DNA from: Takakia lepidozioides
Taxonomy: Eukaryota; Plantae; Bryophyta
Assembly (NCBI GenBank): GCA_030704615.1
Contig: CM060731.1
Location: forward strand, 48,980,001-49,044,000
Length of the DNA: 64,000 nt
Direction of reading: 5' to 3'
Positions 16,401 to 28,934 of the stretch are shown one piece after another. The notes beneath the pieces were generated by a model that was given only the letters and a program-made list of their open reading frames with translations, did not search any database and was not told the origin of the DNA. The position numbers and the translations under genes are program-made. Within the stretch, counting starts at the first letter, position 1. Each line of letters starts with the position of its first letter.

Positions 16401-18187
16401 GACGAAGAGCCATTCGTTGCAAGTGGACCTTTAAGTTGAAGTACAAAGCTGATGGATCTATTTACCGGTACAAAGCTCGTCTTGTAGCTAAAAGCTATGC
16501 ACAAATTCAAGGAGTGGATTACAATGAAACTTCTCACCAGTGGTGAAGATTTCTTCTATCAGAGTGTTGTTAGCTCTTACAGCTCAACATAATCACGAAG
16601 TTCATCAAATGGGTGTTAAGACCGCATTTCTGAATGGAAAACTACAAAAAGAGATCTACATGAGACAACCTGAACGGTTTGTATAAAGAGGAAGTGATAT
16701 TGTGTGTAAGCTGTAAAAGGGTTTGTATGGACTCAAACAAAGTCCTCGAGCTTGGTATGCTAGGATCGATGCTTACCTCTTAAAGGCAAGATTTGAGCGA
16801 AGCATTGCTGACACAAACATCTATGTGAAAAAGATGGGAGAGCAATTTGTGGTCATAGCTCTATATGTGGATGACACAATCATTGTCACCAACGATCATC
16901 AAAGGTTGTTTCCAGAAACCAAAGCACTGTTGAGTGCTGAGTTTGCTATGATTGACATAGGGGAGATTCGGTTCTGTCTTGGTATTCAAATCAGCAGAGA
17001 TCGAGTGAACCATACAGTATTCATGCATCAACGACAATACATTGAGACAATTCTACAAAGGTTTAAGTTGGAGATGAGTAAGCCAACATTAACTCCTCTC
17101 GAAGTTGGTTTGAAACTTACGAAGGATATGGCACCTAATACTCAAGAAGAGCAAGAAGATATAAGGAAAACTCCTTATCAAAGTGCAGTCGGCAGTTTGA
17201 TGTATTGCATGGTTTGTACTAGGCCAGACATTGCACATTCAGTGGGAGTGGTCTCACAATTTCTTTCAAATCCCGGACAAACCCATTGGAAAGCAGTGAA
17301 GAGGATATTTCGATATCTAAGAGGAACATTAACCTCTGGTCTACTCAACAAGAGAGTGGAAGATCCAAGTTTGTTGGGGTTTGCTGATGCTGACTGGGCA
17401 GGAGACGTTGATAGTAGAAAATCAACTTCAGACCATTGTTTTCTCCTAACAGGTGGAGCTGTATCTTGGTCTAACAAACGACAAGTTGCAACAGCGTTGT
17501 CATCAACAGAAGCTGGGTACATGTCCATTACACAAGCAGCAGAGGAGGCTATTTGGTTACGGAAGTTGCTTGGAGATTTGGATCATCTTCAATCACTACC
17601 TACGACTCTCTATTGTGACAATCAAAGTGCGATTGCACTAAGTCAGAATCCGAAGTATCATTCAAGGACGAAACACATTGAAGTGCAACATCACTACATA
17701 CAGGAAGTTGTATGCAAGGGAGAGATCATGATGATCTATTGTGCTACAGGAGATATGGTTGCGGATGTTTTGACGAAGAGTCTACCACAAACAAAACACA
17801 TGAAGTGTTCAGCCTTACTTGGTGTCTCTTCTCCAAAGACAAACGAAGTAGCTCAATGATATGGTTTAATTGAGTGGGAGTGTTGGAAGTAATTAAACAT
17901 ATCTAGAAGACTAAGAGTCTTGAAGGCCAAAGGTTTAGAAGTCTAAGAGACTATCTTGTTTAACTCACCTTTGGAAGGTGAATGGCTAGAAGGTGGATGG
18001 TCACCATAGTGGAAGTGGAAGTGACGAAGTAGGACTTTCTAGAGACCTTCTTGTACAAGCTCGGGGGTGAAGCCACTAGTCTAAGTGTAAGAGTATGATG
18101 GTGGCTTCTATGGTTGGGATGAGAGTTTTAGTTTTAGCTTTAGTCTAAGACTTTAGTTCTTGTTCATGTTCTTGCTCAATTCTAACA
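13435..18187 (+). mobile_element. Full-length but mutated Ty1/copia. LTRs 13435-13727 and 17881-18187
   Basis: TG..CA LTRs, perfect ATCGC target-site duplication, PBS tggcatcagagcc, PPT tgagtgggag; gag-PR-INT(WHRRLGH, FIDD, RSDN.GEY)-RT(LYVDD)-RH order; several stops and frameshifts. I count 4 substitutions and one 14-bp indel between the LTRs. Confidence 0.97.
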
Positions 18188-18932
18188 ATCGCATCGCTCT
18201 TATGCCAACGATTGTATAGCTCTCTACAGTCCGATCGTAATCGAGGGGTTAGGTCCACTACTCCAGGGTCCAAGGCACATGCACTGCCACACGCTATGCA
18301 GCTGCTGTAAATCATACCCGTCACATCTTTGTACAGCTCCAGCTTGCAACAAGATCCTGATCCAACAATCTTGCAGGTACATTCTAGCTATGCAGATTTG
18401 CCAAAGTCCATTGCATCCTTCTTCCCGGATTCTAAAAAGGGCTCACTCAGGTGGCTCTAGATCAATTCACTGGCAAACACAAAAGCTCAAAAATGCATCA
18501 TTCAAGGAGCTTTCAAGGCGGACCCTGTGATGCTGAGCAGAGTGAGAATTGTGTCGGGTAGATTTTTGATCATCACGAGCAGCTAGCTGTACACGAGTAC
18601 TCCAGACCTGCTCTGGACTGCCATCACCTTCTTCACACCCGCCTGCGTTGTGTACCCAGTACTGTACTAGTGAGGGCAGGTGACCTATACCCTTGAACAG
18701 AGAATATATCATGAATCAATCTTGGCACCTTCAGCACGTTCAATAACATTGTTCCAGTATTTCAGAGGAACAGTAGTTCTAGGGACGACTGAAGGATGGA
18801 GACTAGCTAGCTATCTCAGATAACCACATATTTTCTCTGCTTGGAAAGTACTCCATCTATTTGCATGGCAGTGCTCCGTTTATATCTTTATCCCTTGGAA
18901 ACATGTCACAGGCTCAAAACCACTGAGACATT

Positions 18933-19198
18933 ACAGCGAATTCTTGGGCACACCACAGAAAAATGGCCGCCCTTTAGTAGTACTAGTTCACAGGGCACAG
19001 AAAACGCGCGAGCCGTGTCTTCTGTGAAATCTGGTCTGCAAGTAGAGGACTATGCGCTCCCAGATATTTTATTTAATTTCTACGTAGTCTTTTTGGTGAT
19101 GCAAGAATCTAGTGAGAACCACAAGATAGAACTTTATACGTTTGATCCGAGCGGCGAGATGTGAACATGGTGGTGGTCGGGGACTAGAGTCTAATCAC
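18933..19198 (+). repeat. Dispersed ~270-bp repeat, copy 1
   Basis: Collinear with 35175-35448 (ttcttgggcacaccacagaaaaatggccgcc...gatccgagcgg.gagatgtga). Confidence 0.85.
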
Positions 19199-19610
19199 AA
19201 ACACCTGGGCAAACGCTCTTTGACAACACAGAATGTAACTGGCACTGGCATTGCTTCGTGCAATGGAACATTAATAATGTATTAAAGAGCTAGCTAGAGC
19301 AGCTAACTCAAGTTATACTCTAGAAGGGGTTAGACCTGCATGATCTTCAAACCTTCTCCACTTAGAGGCTCTTGTTAACTCTTGTTAACTACAGTCACCT
19401 CATTTGGGTGTTTTGTGTTGGAAATCAACTCCTTGTATCGGTAGAATTATATCCTGAATAGTGTAGAGTTGATCAACTTAACTACTTCGATATGATAAAC
19501 GTAATCATGCATATTTTTGGAGGTCATCTTCCCGGTCAATGAGGGATTGAACATTTCTGTCACTTCTGTTGAAGTCCAGCATTATAATCTTCGTTCGAAG
19601 CACTGCACAG

Positions 19611-19916
19611 TCAAGAATTTTTGGTGGAGTCATCTTCTTGAACTTGAACACGTTTGGTGCTGGAGAAGTAATCCATCACCATCACTCTTATGTGTGGTCC
19701 CAGATTCTCACTAAGCTTGATAAAAACAAAGAACAGCATGCGGTAGATGACCACCATCGCAATGACGATCGCCAAATCCCCCCACTTGCCTCGACTTTCA
19801 GACATACCATATATTTTCTCCAGCACATATGTCCCAGAGAGATCGGAACCTATGGGTACCCCGTCCAAGAGAAAGTTTTGGAATGTAAGACCTGGAAAAT
19901 CATTCTTGAACAAGCC
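19611..19916 (-). pseudogene. Terminal exon of an ABCG half-transporter, opposite in orientation to the rest of the gene
   Basis: After the tttcag acceptor: GLFKNDFPGLTF...LSGTYVLEKIYGM...KWGDLAIVIAMVVIYRMLFFVFIKLSE, the typical C-terminus of ABCG11-like proteins. Confidence 0.85.
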
Positions 19917-20087
19917 CTGAAAAACACAGTCAGAACAAGATGTTACAAATTCATCCACATTGCTCATTTTGTATCTGCAGATCACTGAATGCGACATATG
20001 TAAGTGCGTAAGCCTTTTCCCACAAAGCCATGACAAACATCGCAGTGGATATCACATCAGGAGTGAACTGATATTTTCCTACATCTT

Positions 20088-23000
20088 AGCGAGCTGTGCG
20101 TCCATGTCAGTTCTCGCGGGAAGGCAAAGCGGACCATCCTGGTGAACGCCACAGGTACATTTTCGTGGAAAAGAGAACTCTGAATTAGTTTTGGATCGAT
20201 CCTGCCAAGTTGGGTTGCCAGGGCGTCGTTGATATGAGAATTGAGAGCGGGAGAAGTGATTTGAGGGAAATAGAATTTTCTGCAGGTTTTCCTAAGGCTA
20301 CCTTGGTCGATAGGAATTCGTCGGAAGATTGTTGAACTCTGCAATGGATTTTCTTGTTTCCCGGAGAGAGTTTGAGAGCCTTCAAGAAGCTTGATCAGGT
20401 TCATGGTTCGCTGATGGCATAGTGTTCGAGTGGGAGATCAGTCTCTAGACATGCCCACGGGAGCACAATCAGTTGAATTTATGAACCTTCTCGCGATCAC
20501 AGTAAGTATTTCTGGCCTCAAGCCGGATGGTGTACGTCTTAAGAATATACCTTAACCAATGCCGATGACTCGTTATGGACATTGGTAAAATCATACCCTT
20601 GGAAGGAGATGACGTTTTAATAACTGGTGGCATGTGTTGAAGTATGGTGACTGGTCACGTCTTGCAAGAATTCCAGGGCAAGAATTAGACGTGAGTATTC
20701 CTACGACCGAAGTACAGACATTGCATTAGTAGTGCGAAAGTTGAGCTTTCCGCAGGTGGGAGAGAAGCACTTACAGTGCCACTAGAAGCACAGGCAAATA
20801 CCTGGCGGGGGGCCAGAATGTGACTCTGGGCCTGAGCCCATACTACTGGAGTCACGATGCGGATTAAAGACATTAAAGCTGAACTTTGTGTCAGCGGTCG
20901 GTAGTACAGGCGCTGATGCTATACAAAACTGCTGATCCCAAGGTCGTCAATGGATCCCACTGGCCCCACGAGCATCATAATCCGGTGCATATGTTGAAAT
21001 CGTTTGGTTTCGTCAGAGGTGCACCAGATTGCAGACATAAACTTGTGTGGTAGTGGATCTGAATGTTTGTTGTAGTTTGGTGGTTTTACAGGATATGCGG
21101 AGCCGGGGTCGATAATGGCCATCATGGGCCCCAGTGGTTCTGGCAAGACCACAATGCTTGATACTCTAGCTGGTATGATGCACTTGTTCCTCGTGACTCA
21201 TAGAGTAGCAAATGTTGCATTTTCTTACAGTTTTCATCATTTTTTTGGGCTCAGCTGGGGAAAAAAGTTTCATTTTTCAAAGACCTTCAACTGCGGTTTT
21301 GGTGGGAGTGTTTCATGAAGCAACTCATGAACCTTGCAGTCCATGAAGCAACTGGAATCCCAATCATAACGATATGCTACTGAGAGCTGTTGATGTCCAT
21401 GGATGCAGGTAGATTTGCCCCTAATGCCACACAAACCGGAGAGATTCTACTTAATGGGGAGAAGAAAACGACCCTCTCTTACGGCACCGCAGTAAGTAGT
21501 TGCTCAACCGATCTCTTATTGCCGTACTGAAAGCTCAAATTGACTACCCTAATGACTATTGTAGTCGCAGAACTAATACTTCATTATATGTGAAAAATGG
21601 GACATACTGGTACAGTTGGGTTAATGACCACATTGTGAGGCAAGGTTGGGGACTATGTACACTGTTTGGGTTCTAATAAATGAACCGAATTGTGTATGTA
21701 CATGACAGGCGTATGTTACTCAAGAGGATGTGCTTATAGGTACTCTAACTGTGCGAGAGAGCATCATGTACTCGGCAGACTTGCGTTTGCCAGACAAGAT
21801 GAGAAAATCTGAGAAGAAAAAGGTTGTGGACGACACGATAATGGAGACGGGGCTGTCTGAGTGCGAAAACTCATTTGTGGGGAACTTTTTTGTGCGGGGT
21901 ATAAGTGGTGGTGAGAAACGTCGGCTGAGTATTGCGTTGCAGATTTTGACTTGGCCTCGGTTGCTCTTCTTGGATGAACCAACGAGTGGTCTTGACAGGT
22001 GAGACATCACCTTGCAAAGACTGGCAGTATCAAGCCACTTGGGGTAGGCATCACCTTTTGGATGGGCGGTAGACAAAGCCCCTGGATCTCATGTGTAGGG
22101 TCTCATGCGTAGATGGGATGGGGCCTGGTCATTGACTTCAATTCTGGTGCAAGGTGGGGGGGGGGTACAGATGCCTCTACCTTACCGAATTAGGTCTATT
22201 GAGAGCAATCGATTGTACATGTGTATAGTGCTGCATGATGGCCTCAACCAATCTCATCCCACCGTTACGAAACGTGTGTGTGGGTGCAGTGCCTCAGCTT
22301 ACTTTGTCGTGCAAACGTTGAAGAATTTGGCCAGGGATGGGCGCACTGTCGTCTCCTCCATTCATCAGCCCAGCAGTGAGGTGTTTGCGCTTTTCGACTA
22401 TCTCACTCTCCTTTCCCATGGACAAACTATCTTCTTCGGAGAGGCTACAAGCGCCGCTGAGGTCGGTGTTTTCCACCACAAAACACGAATGAAATCATGT
22501 TGAAGAATTGATCGGAAATGTATATCTAGTACGGTATTGCCATATGAGATGTCATATCCAATTCATCTGGAGAGGCGCATGAGCACTATCTAGACGACGA
22601 TTTGTTCCGAAACTGTGCAATACCTCCGTAGCGAAGTGGTGTTAGTGATACATATTCCCACTTCTAGGCCCGTGGTTCTGTCCGGGAGTTCTATAATGAC
22701 ATATACTTGCAACGATATTTATGGTTTTCCACATGATTTTTGAATGCAGTTTTTTGGATCTGCTGGATTTCCCTGCCCTCCTCTCCGGAACGCATCAGAT
22801 CATTATCTGCAAACCATCAACTCAGACTTCGACCGAGTGAAGCAAACTCTGAAGGCCCTCTCGCATGTATGCGGCTAACATCTCTTGTTGTTAGTTGGCA
22901 AGAAGAATCAGATTAGTCTCATGAGCTCTGCAGTCTGCCAGAACTGGAGCTTTCTGATCAGATCAAAAGTTTCACTACAAAGTACACAGTTCATGGCTTG

Positions 23001-24874
23001 TAACTATAGTACAACGCTTGAAAATTTCGATGTCAGATTCTCAAGCAGAATCCGGATCAACTGGAAGTGCCAACTTCACATTCCTGTACAGCATAATGTA
23101 GAAGACCGCCACAAAGTCCCAAAAAAGTATCAATTGATTGCTTCATTCCAGCCGGCCTATGTCACAATTGAATGAAGCTTTGAATGTTTAAGGAATCAGA
23201 TAATTGCAAGGCCTAAACGTTAACTGATCGGAGTGTCTTCTTTTCAGGAAAGTTTTGGGTACCGACAAAATTATTGCACATGTACATGCAGGATGTGGAA
23301 AGTATAAATCCCGTGCAGATGAAGTCAAGGAGCACCAATCAAGTGGTCAAAGTACTTGCAGAGGCATATGAGAAGAGCGAGTATTCTGAAGCGACAAAAC
23401 TGAGAATGCGTGAACTCTCGCAAAACGTAATTTCTACTTTCTTGTTGCCAGTCCTACTTACACCGGGATTTACTGGTGAATATTTTGAGGAATTTAAATC
23501 GCCACCTTTGTTCTACAGAGCACCAGGTTTATCCTGGGATGGTGCATTTCTTCACAGGAAGTCTCAAAGTTCTTCCACGTTTGTTGCATGCATGCATGCA
23601 TTGAATTGCTGGGGCAATGATTTTGTGCCTGGGACCACGATGCAATTAGTAGCCACCAACAAGACTGAGCTTTACAATTTATATATGGCAGATGAGATTA
23701 AGATTTATTGGGCGTAAGTACTCCGTGTTTCATTAAATCTCTGGCATGCAGCGTGGTGGCAATGCGGCGATAACCGGCGGAAGCAAAGGCCACGCGAGCT
23801 TTTTCAGTCAGTGTGCGACCCTTACAAAGAGATCGACCGTTAACATGACACGAGATCCAGGCTACTACTGGCTTCGTGTCGCTATGTATGTTATGGTCGG
23901 GTTGTGTCTTGGGACAATATTTTTGCGAGTTGGACTGAAATACAACTCCATCTTGGTGAGTGGGGCACCACAAATTTCTCCAGAACTGCGCCTAAGATTC
24001 AAGATTCAGAAGAGCTTTGAATGCCTTTTGTTGATTTGGGTTGTCGTCTTGGAACGCTTAATTGAATTTTAAAATTGTTTTTATGCCATGACTTTGTGCT
24101 CAAGCATACATGTATCAATTTCATATGGTGCTCAGTACTCAGATCTAACTCTCCAGGGACATGATTTCACCTCGAGCATCAAGAAAATACGTAGATCATG
24201 CTACATGGAAGTGAGCAAACCGAGGCCCACTCGCTTCTAGAGATTTTGTGAACTCTACCTTCGTTAAAGATTCAGAATGTGCATGTGCTGAGGCTAATGT
24301 CATTTGTGCAAAATATTGCAGGGGCGGGCCGGTTGTATGTTCTTCGTTGCAGCATTCTTGACGTTTATGGCCATCGGGGGATTTCCATCCTTTGTGGAAG
24401 ATATGAAGGTGGGTGTTCACCAATTCACAAATTCATGCATATATATATTTATGATCTTTGAAGCAGGTGGAAGTCTTTCATGGCTACATTTCTCATACGT
24501 TGTACTATCACCGTGACGAAGTGCTTGCAAGATTTTGTCACCTCTGACCCATCAAGTAATAACCACTCTGTTCTTAGTACACAAAACTCTTCAAGTCTAC
24601 GATCAAGCAATGGAGTATGACAATACACACTCAGCTGGTGCTTGAGCTTACATATACACAAGGGGCGACCTTCACCATGTCACAGTAGGGGATTAAGAAG
24701 AATCTAAGTTAGAATCCAAGAGGTGAGTGGTGTGAAATCTTGATACTTCGTATATGAAAGAGGTAGTGTCTACGTGTTCTTTTAATCCAGGTGTTTCACA
24801 ATGAAAGACTGAGTGGGCACTACGGCGTGGCTGCATTTGTGGTCGGAAACACGTTATCATCCCTCCCATTTCTG
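20088..24874 (+). pseudogene. ABCG (WBC/ABCG11-like) half-transporter, internal part only. Exons ~20088-20154, 21092-21172, 21409-21491, 21709-21998, 22290-22461, 22750-22866, 23292-23426, 23752-23955, 24322-24408, 24791-~24874
   Basis: ELCVHVSSRGKAKRTILVNATG|YAEPG; Walker [10 protein letters not shown]; signature ISGGEKRR; Walker [12 protein letters not shown]; SIHQPS; MTRDPGYYWLR; GGFPSFVEDMK; ERLSGHYG. Clean splice sites. Homology stops abruptly after LSSLPFL. Confidence 0.9.
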
Positions 24875-25085
24875 TTCCGCCTGCTCCTCCACCTCCGTCA
24901 CTCATCTTCCCTACTTAGTGTATCCGAGAGATGGTGCTTGTGTTCCCCGACCAGCAATCGTGAAGCATTTGTAGAAAGCTGCTGCCGTGTGGGTGATGCA
25001 TTGAAGAATCGACCGCATTGTCCACAAGGCACTGTTTGCATTCCAATACTCTTTTTGACAAACTTGGGCTTAGAAAATCGTCAGT

Positions 25086-25838
25086 TGTGATGGTTCGGCC
25101 CCAAAGTCTTGAAACGTGTTGGACGAATATGTAGGGCCTGGCCGGGTATCAAGTATCAACCAATATGTAAAGCAGTTTCATTCGGCCCTGATTCTAGAGT
25201 GGTCCACGAATTACTGTGGCCCAGGAATTAGAGTGGGGCGCCTATGTTGGGAGGCCATGTGTATTAAGGAATGAGATGAAACGGAACCCCGAATTGGATA
25301 ACGGGATGACTCCTTAGGGTGACTCATGAGGGTTCACCCTAGAGGTCTTAACCTAAAGCCGTTGCCCTACATGGTAAAGCTTGGCCACTCTTCGCATTTG
25401 GAAGAGGAGCGGGCAAGAGCTGAAGGAGCTGACTACACTCTGGCCACAAGCAAGGTATCCATTGAGACTCATTCAACGCTGTGATGGGCTGCTTAGTATG
25501 GCAACACAAAGAGAGTTGACAATATGAGGAACTGAAATGGACTTGACTAAGCTCTACTCTGAATGCCTGAATACTTGTGCAAAACCAAGTGCTTCCATAT
25601 GTGCCCTTGCTTAGTACTTGGTCTTCCTTTTGGGAGTAGGCGAAAGGAGTAATTGGCTAAATTTAGAATAGGGACTCTTGTAAGGATGACATGTGTTCAG
25701 GGCCTTTTAGAAGCGTCCTAGGGTTGGTGGGCTTCTAGAAAGGTCCCACTGCCCTGAGAGGCTATATAAAGGGAACCCCCCTCTTACTAGCTACTAACTT
25801 ACTACCTACTAAATTAGTAAATAGTGAGCTCTGCGACA
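25086..25838 (+). mobile_element. LTR-like segment (probably Ty3/gypsy-type)
   Basis: Starts tgtgatggttc, ends gcgaca, contains ctatataaagg. Shares tagaaaggtcccactgc and downstream motifs with 47700-47910. No TSD found. Confidence 0.5.
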
Positions 25839-25912
25839 GGGCCCCAAAAAAAAAACAGCAAACATGAATCAATTAATTAATAGAAGTGTGAATACATGTG
25901 TATAGTGTTGTG

Positions 25913-26126
25913 GGGGTATATTGATTTCAATATACCCTTAGGGTATAAGTAAATTATTTTTGTCAAATCATTTACCCTCCGGATATGGATAAATTGAAAT
26001 CTCAAGAAATTATTTACCCTCCGGGTATGGGTAAATTAACTTTTCAGATTTCTATATAACCCTCGGGTATGGATATATATGCCAAAATATACCCTGAGGG
26101 TATGAATAGTTTCCGGGTATGGATAG
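25913..26126. repeat. Cluster of ~6 TACCC-n3-GGGTA-type palindromic motifs
   Basis: tataccctta-gggtata, tttaccctccggata, tttaccctccgggta, taaccctcgggta, ataccctgagggta, ttccgggta. Confidence 0.7.
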
Positions 26127-26379
26127 TTATTTCTATTAATATATAATTTAATGGTTTTAAGGAATATATGATGGGTTTTTTTTCTTTCAAAAAGGAAACC
26201 TGGGAGCGACTACTCACACGATGTTCTTCAATATGTACAAAACACAACCAAAAAAAAAAATCAAAAAAAAAAAAAAAAAAACTGCGATAAAAGAGAAAAT
26301 TGATAAGATATTGCATAATATTTTGGTGTTAATTTCCAATGCAAGATGGAGGAGGTTTGAGATTTCTTTTAAAGACATC

Positions 26380-26452
26380 GGCTGGTAGCTCAGCCGGTAA
26401 GTGCAGAGTGTGTGTCACTCAGGTGGTTCGGGGTTCGAACCCGCTGCCCTGC
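26380..26452 (+). other. tRNA-derived (Pol III A/B box) sequence, SINE head or pseudo-tRNA
   Basis: A box tagctcagccgg, gagtg/cactc stem, B box ggttcgaaccc. Acceptor stem imperfect. Confidence 0.6.
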
Positions 26453-27643
26453 CCTGTGTGTGGGATTGCTCGTGTGACGGTATGTTTGGGCGTTGATCGT
26501 CCTGTAGGTCTCATGGCAGACGGACATCTTCTCAGGCAAGAACTTGCAAGATGGTCCGCGGTGAATGTGTCGCGGTCCACTAAACTATTGGAATACATGT
26601 AGCCCGGATTGCTTTCGTATGAAATATGAAATTGGTTTGGAACTTGCATTTATATAATTATTAAACTATGAATGTATGTAAAGTGGAATGTGCATGCACC
26701 ATGATGTTCATATAAAATAATATCAATAACGCCAAATGATGTTGGATCAATGACGAACAAGATGAGATATACAACAACGGCGGTTGTCCATCAGAGCATA
26801 CCGCGCAATATTCACATTTTGGCATGCAAAGTATTGAGAACTATTCACTCTGAAATTGAGTATCCCTATGAAATATTCATGTATGTCGGTGGACTCGATT
26901 AAAATTCCAAACCCGCAACTTGACAACAAAGGTGGACTTGTTAATAAGTTATAACTTACTCATCGACACTATGAAGTTCTACATTAATTCCCTATCAGGT
27001 CAATGAAAAATTATTCTGGTTAACAGTTATTCAGCTCAACAAATATGACGTACAACCGCGGTCCATGCAAAATTCAAATTGAAAATTCCAGAATAATGAG
27101 AAAGAGTGCTTCAAATATAAAGGTTGTCCACAAATATTGGGCGCCATAGTCAAATCACAAAAGACATGCCTCATGGGCAATGCTTCGATGAAATGCTATG
27201 TTGAAATTTTACAAACCTATTAGAAGTTATAGGAATACTATCATCGACAAAAAGATCTATTCATAGTTGTAATATGTAATAACGAGGCTATTCCGATAAA
27301 TCAATAGTCTCTTGTGTTTCGGCACCACCGGACTTGGGGTTCATGACAACTCTGAGTGTGTAGAAGCGGCGTCCAGATGAATGGGCAAGCGAGCTCGGGT
27401 CTGGTATCGAGTGCGAGGTGGTGGACCGAGTTTAACACGTTCCTCGTCCACCCTTGCCATCATGCGGAGTGATTCCAGGGAGTATTGATTGCCACTCTGC
27501 TAACTATCATTTTGGAGGCGATGAGGCGGCGAGTTAACATTGTTGGCGACAGTTTCAACGGCTTCCAAGGTAGCTACAAGATCCTGGACATTTGGGAGAT
27601 CAATGGATTTCACACCCACTAACGTGCTTGCTAGGCTCATTTG

Positions 27644-28933
27644 TCACGTTCTAACGACTTGCCTAATGGCCTTGGCATATCTGTTGATTTTCTTTTCATC
27701 CGCATCCTCATATGCGGGATTGCGATGCAACCGCCGCTCTTTGCGTTCCGTCATTGCGTCGTTCATTCGGATCCATGATTTGGCAACACGCTCAAGGCCA
27801 GGCAGCAACAGATGCCGGCCAATCGGATTATCATTGTATGAGGAAAGGTTCACTCCGTTTGGTGGGTTCTCGGGCAACCGAAAAAACCTCTCGCTTCTTA
27901 TTCCCCAATGTCCTCCAAGGTTTCGACAAAACAACTCCCGTTGATCTGGATCTTCTATGCAACGAGCACGTTTTGTGATTTCCCAATTAGATGTCATCCA
28001 AAACTCATTGATATCAAACGTTCGGTCGGATATCATGCCATACATCCTCGTATTGGCATTCCATGCCAATGTCTTCCCCCAGTGTTTGCCATTCAGAAAA
28101 TTGTGAGGTTCATGGTCCAAAGGGAAATTCTGTCGATTGAGCTCATACCCTATGGGCATCACATCCTCCAACCCAAATAGCTCATAGTAACGTCGGTGGA
28201 TTGGCGCACGACATGACGGACATGTGTTTATCAGAGCCGCCGACTTCAAACAAGTTACATGAAACATATGTCCACAACTTCCCAACAAGTATGCACCCTC
28301 CGGACCATATGGATTAAGACAAACTGGACAACACAAGCCATCTTTGATCCATGATGGTATTGGAGGACGTGAGCACTCTACCCGCTTGTTGTCGAACAAG
28401 TGAGATGACATTTGTGTCTTACTAGTATCCCACTCCTCCTCCATTTCAAATTCCCAAATTATTGCCTCCACCAACTCTATGTTCACAACGGTCAAACATG
28501 CCATGTAAATCACCCAACACCGTGAATGAGTCAAACTCGGATGTATGGGTGGCAAGTGCGGCAGACACGACTTGGCCTTCACGTTTTTTTCTTTCTTCAT
28601 CCTTTTCTTTTTCTCGGTTAGTGGCAAATGCCTCATAGCGCTGCATGCTTGTATAAATGTTCTGCAGAGCACGATCTGACATCCATGCAATTTGTGTAGT
28701 TGATATAGTGCATGTTCTTTCAGAACCTCTTCTGATGCCAAAGTTCTCGCCCACATGACCCACTCCGCCCACATCTCTTCACATGGCACAAACCTTTTGA
28801 GGTCTACTACCCTGGCCAGCCGATTTGCAGTCACATTTGCAGTATCACATTCCTTAATGAGATTTTCCACAACAATTGTTGTGTCGGATTGAATAGTTGT
28901 TCCCGAACACTCACCCCTCACCACCATAGGCTC
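27644..28933 (-). CDS. Intronless RING-H2 domain ORF, 5'-truncated by gypsy sequence; likely TE-associated or decaying
   Basis: CPVC...SCGHMFHVTC...CPSC (C3H2C3) in a ~430-codon open frame. The frame continues ~100 codons beyond the stop with one intervening stop. Confidence 0.6.
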   Translation of the reverse strand, partial: EPMVVRGECSGTTIQSDTTIVVENLIKECDTANVTANRLARVVDLKRFVPCEEMWAEWVMWARTLASEEVLKEHALYQLHKLHGCQIVLCRTFIQACSAMRHLPLTEKKKRMKKEKNVKAKSCLPHLPPIHPSLTHSRCWVIYMACLTVVNIELVEAIIWEFEMEEEWDTSKTQMSSHLFDNKRVECSRPPIPSWIKDGLCCPVCLNPYGPEGAYLLGSCGHMFHVTCLKSAALINTCPSCRAPIHRRYYELFGLEDVMPIGYELNRQNFPLDHEPHNFLNGKHWGKTLAWNANTRMYGMISDRTFDINEFWMTSNWEITKRARCIEDPDQRELFCRNLGGHWGIRSERFFRLPENPPNGVNLSSYNDNPIGRHLLLPGLERVAKSWIRMNDAMTERKERRLHRNPAYEDADEKKINRYAKAIRQVVRT

Positions 28934-28934
28934 A

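Noticed and set aside
19416-19433. 18-bp match (tgttggaaatcaactcct) to the left copia LTR start
   Set aside because: Too short to define an element; no partner end found.
26380-26452. Functional tRNA gene
   Set aside because: Acceptor and anticodon arms are imperfect and there is no clear oligo-T terminator.
27289-27345. ETIDLSE SUMO-interacting motif making the RING ORF STUbL-like
   Set aside because: It lies in a different frame from the RING ORF.
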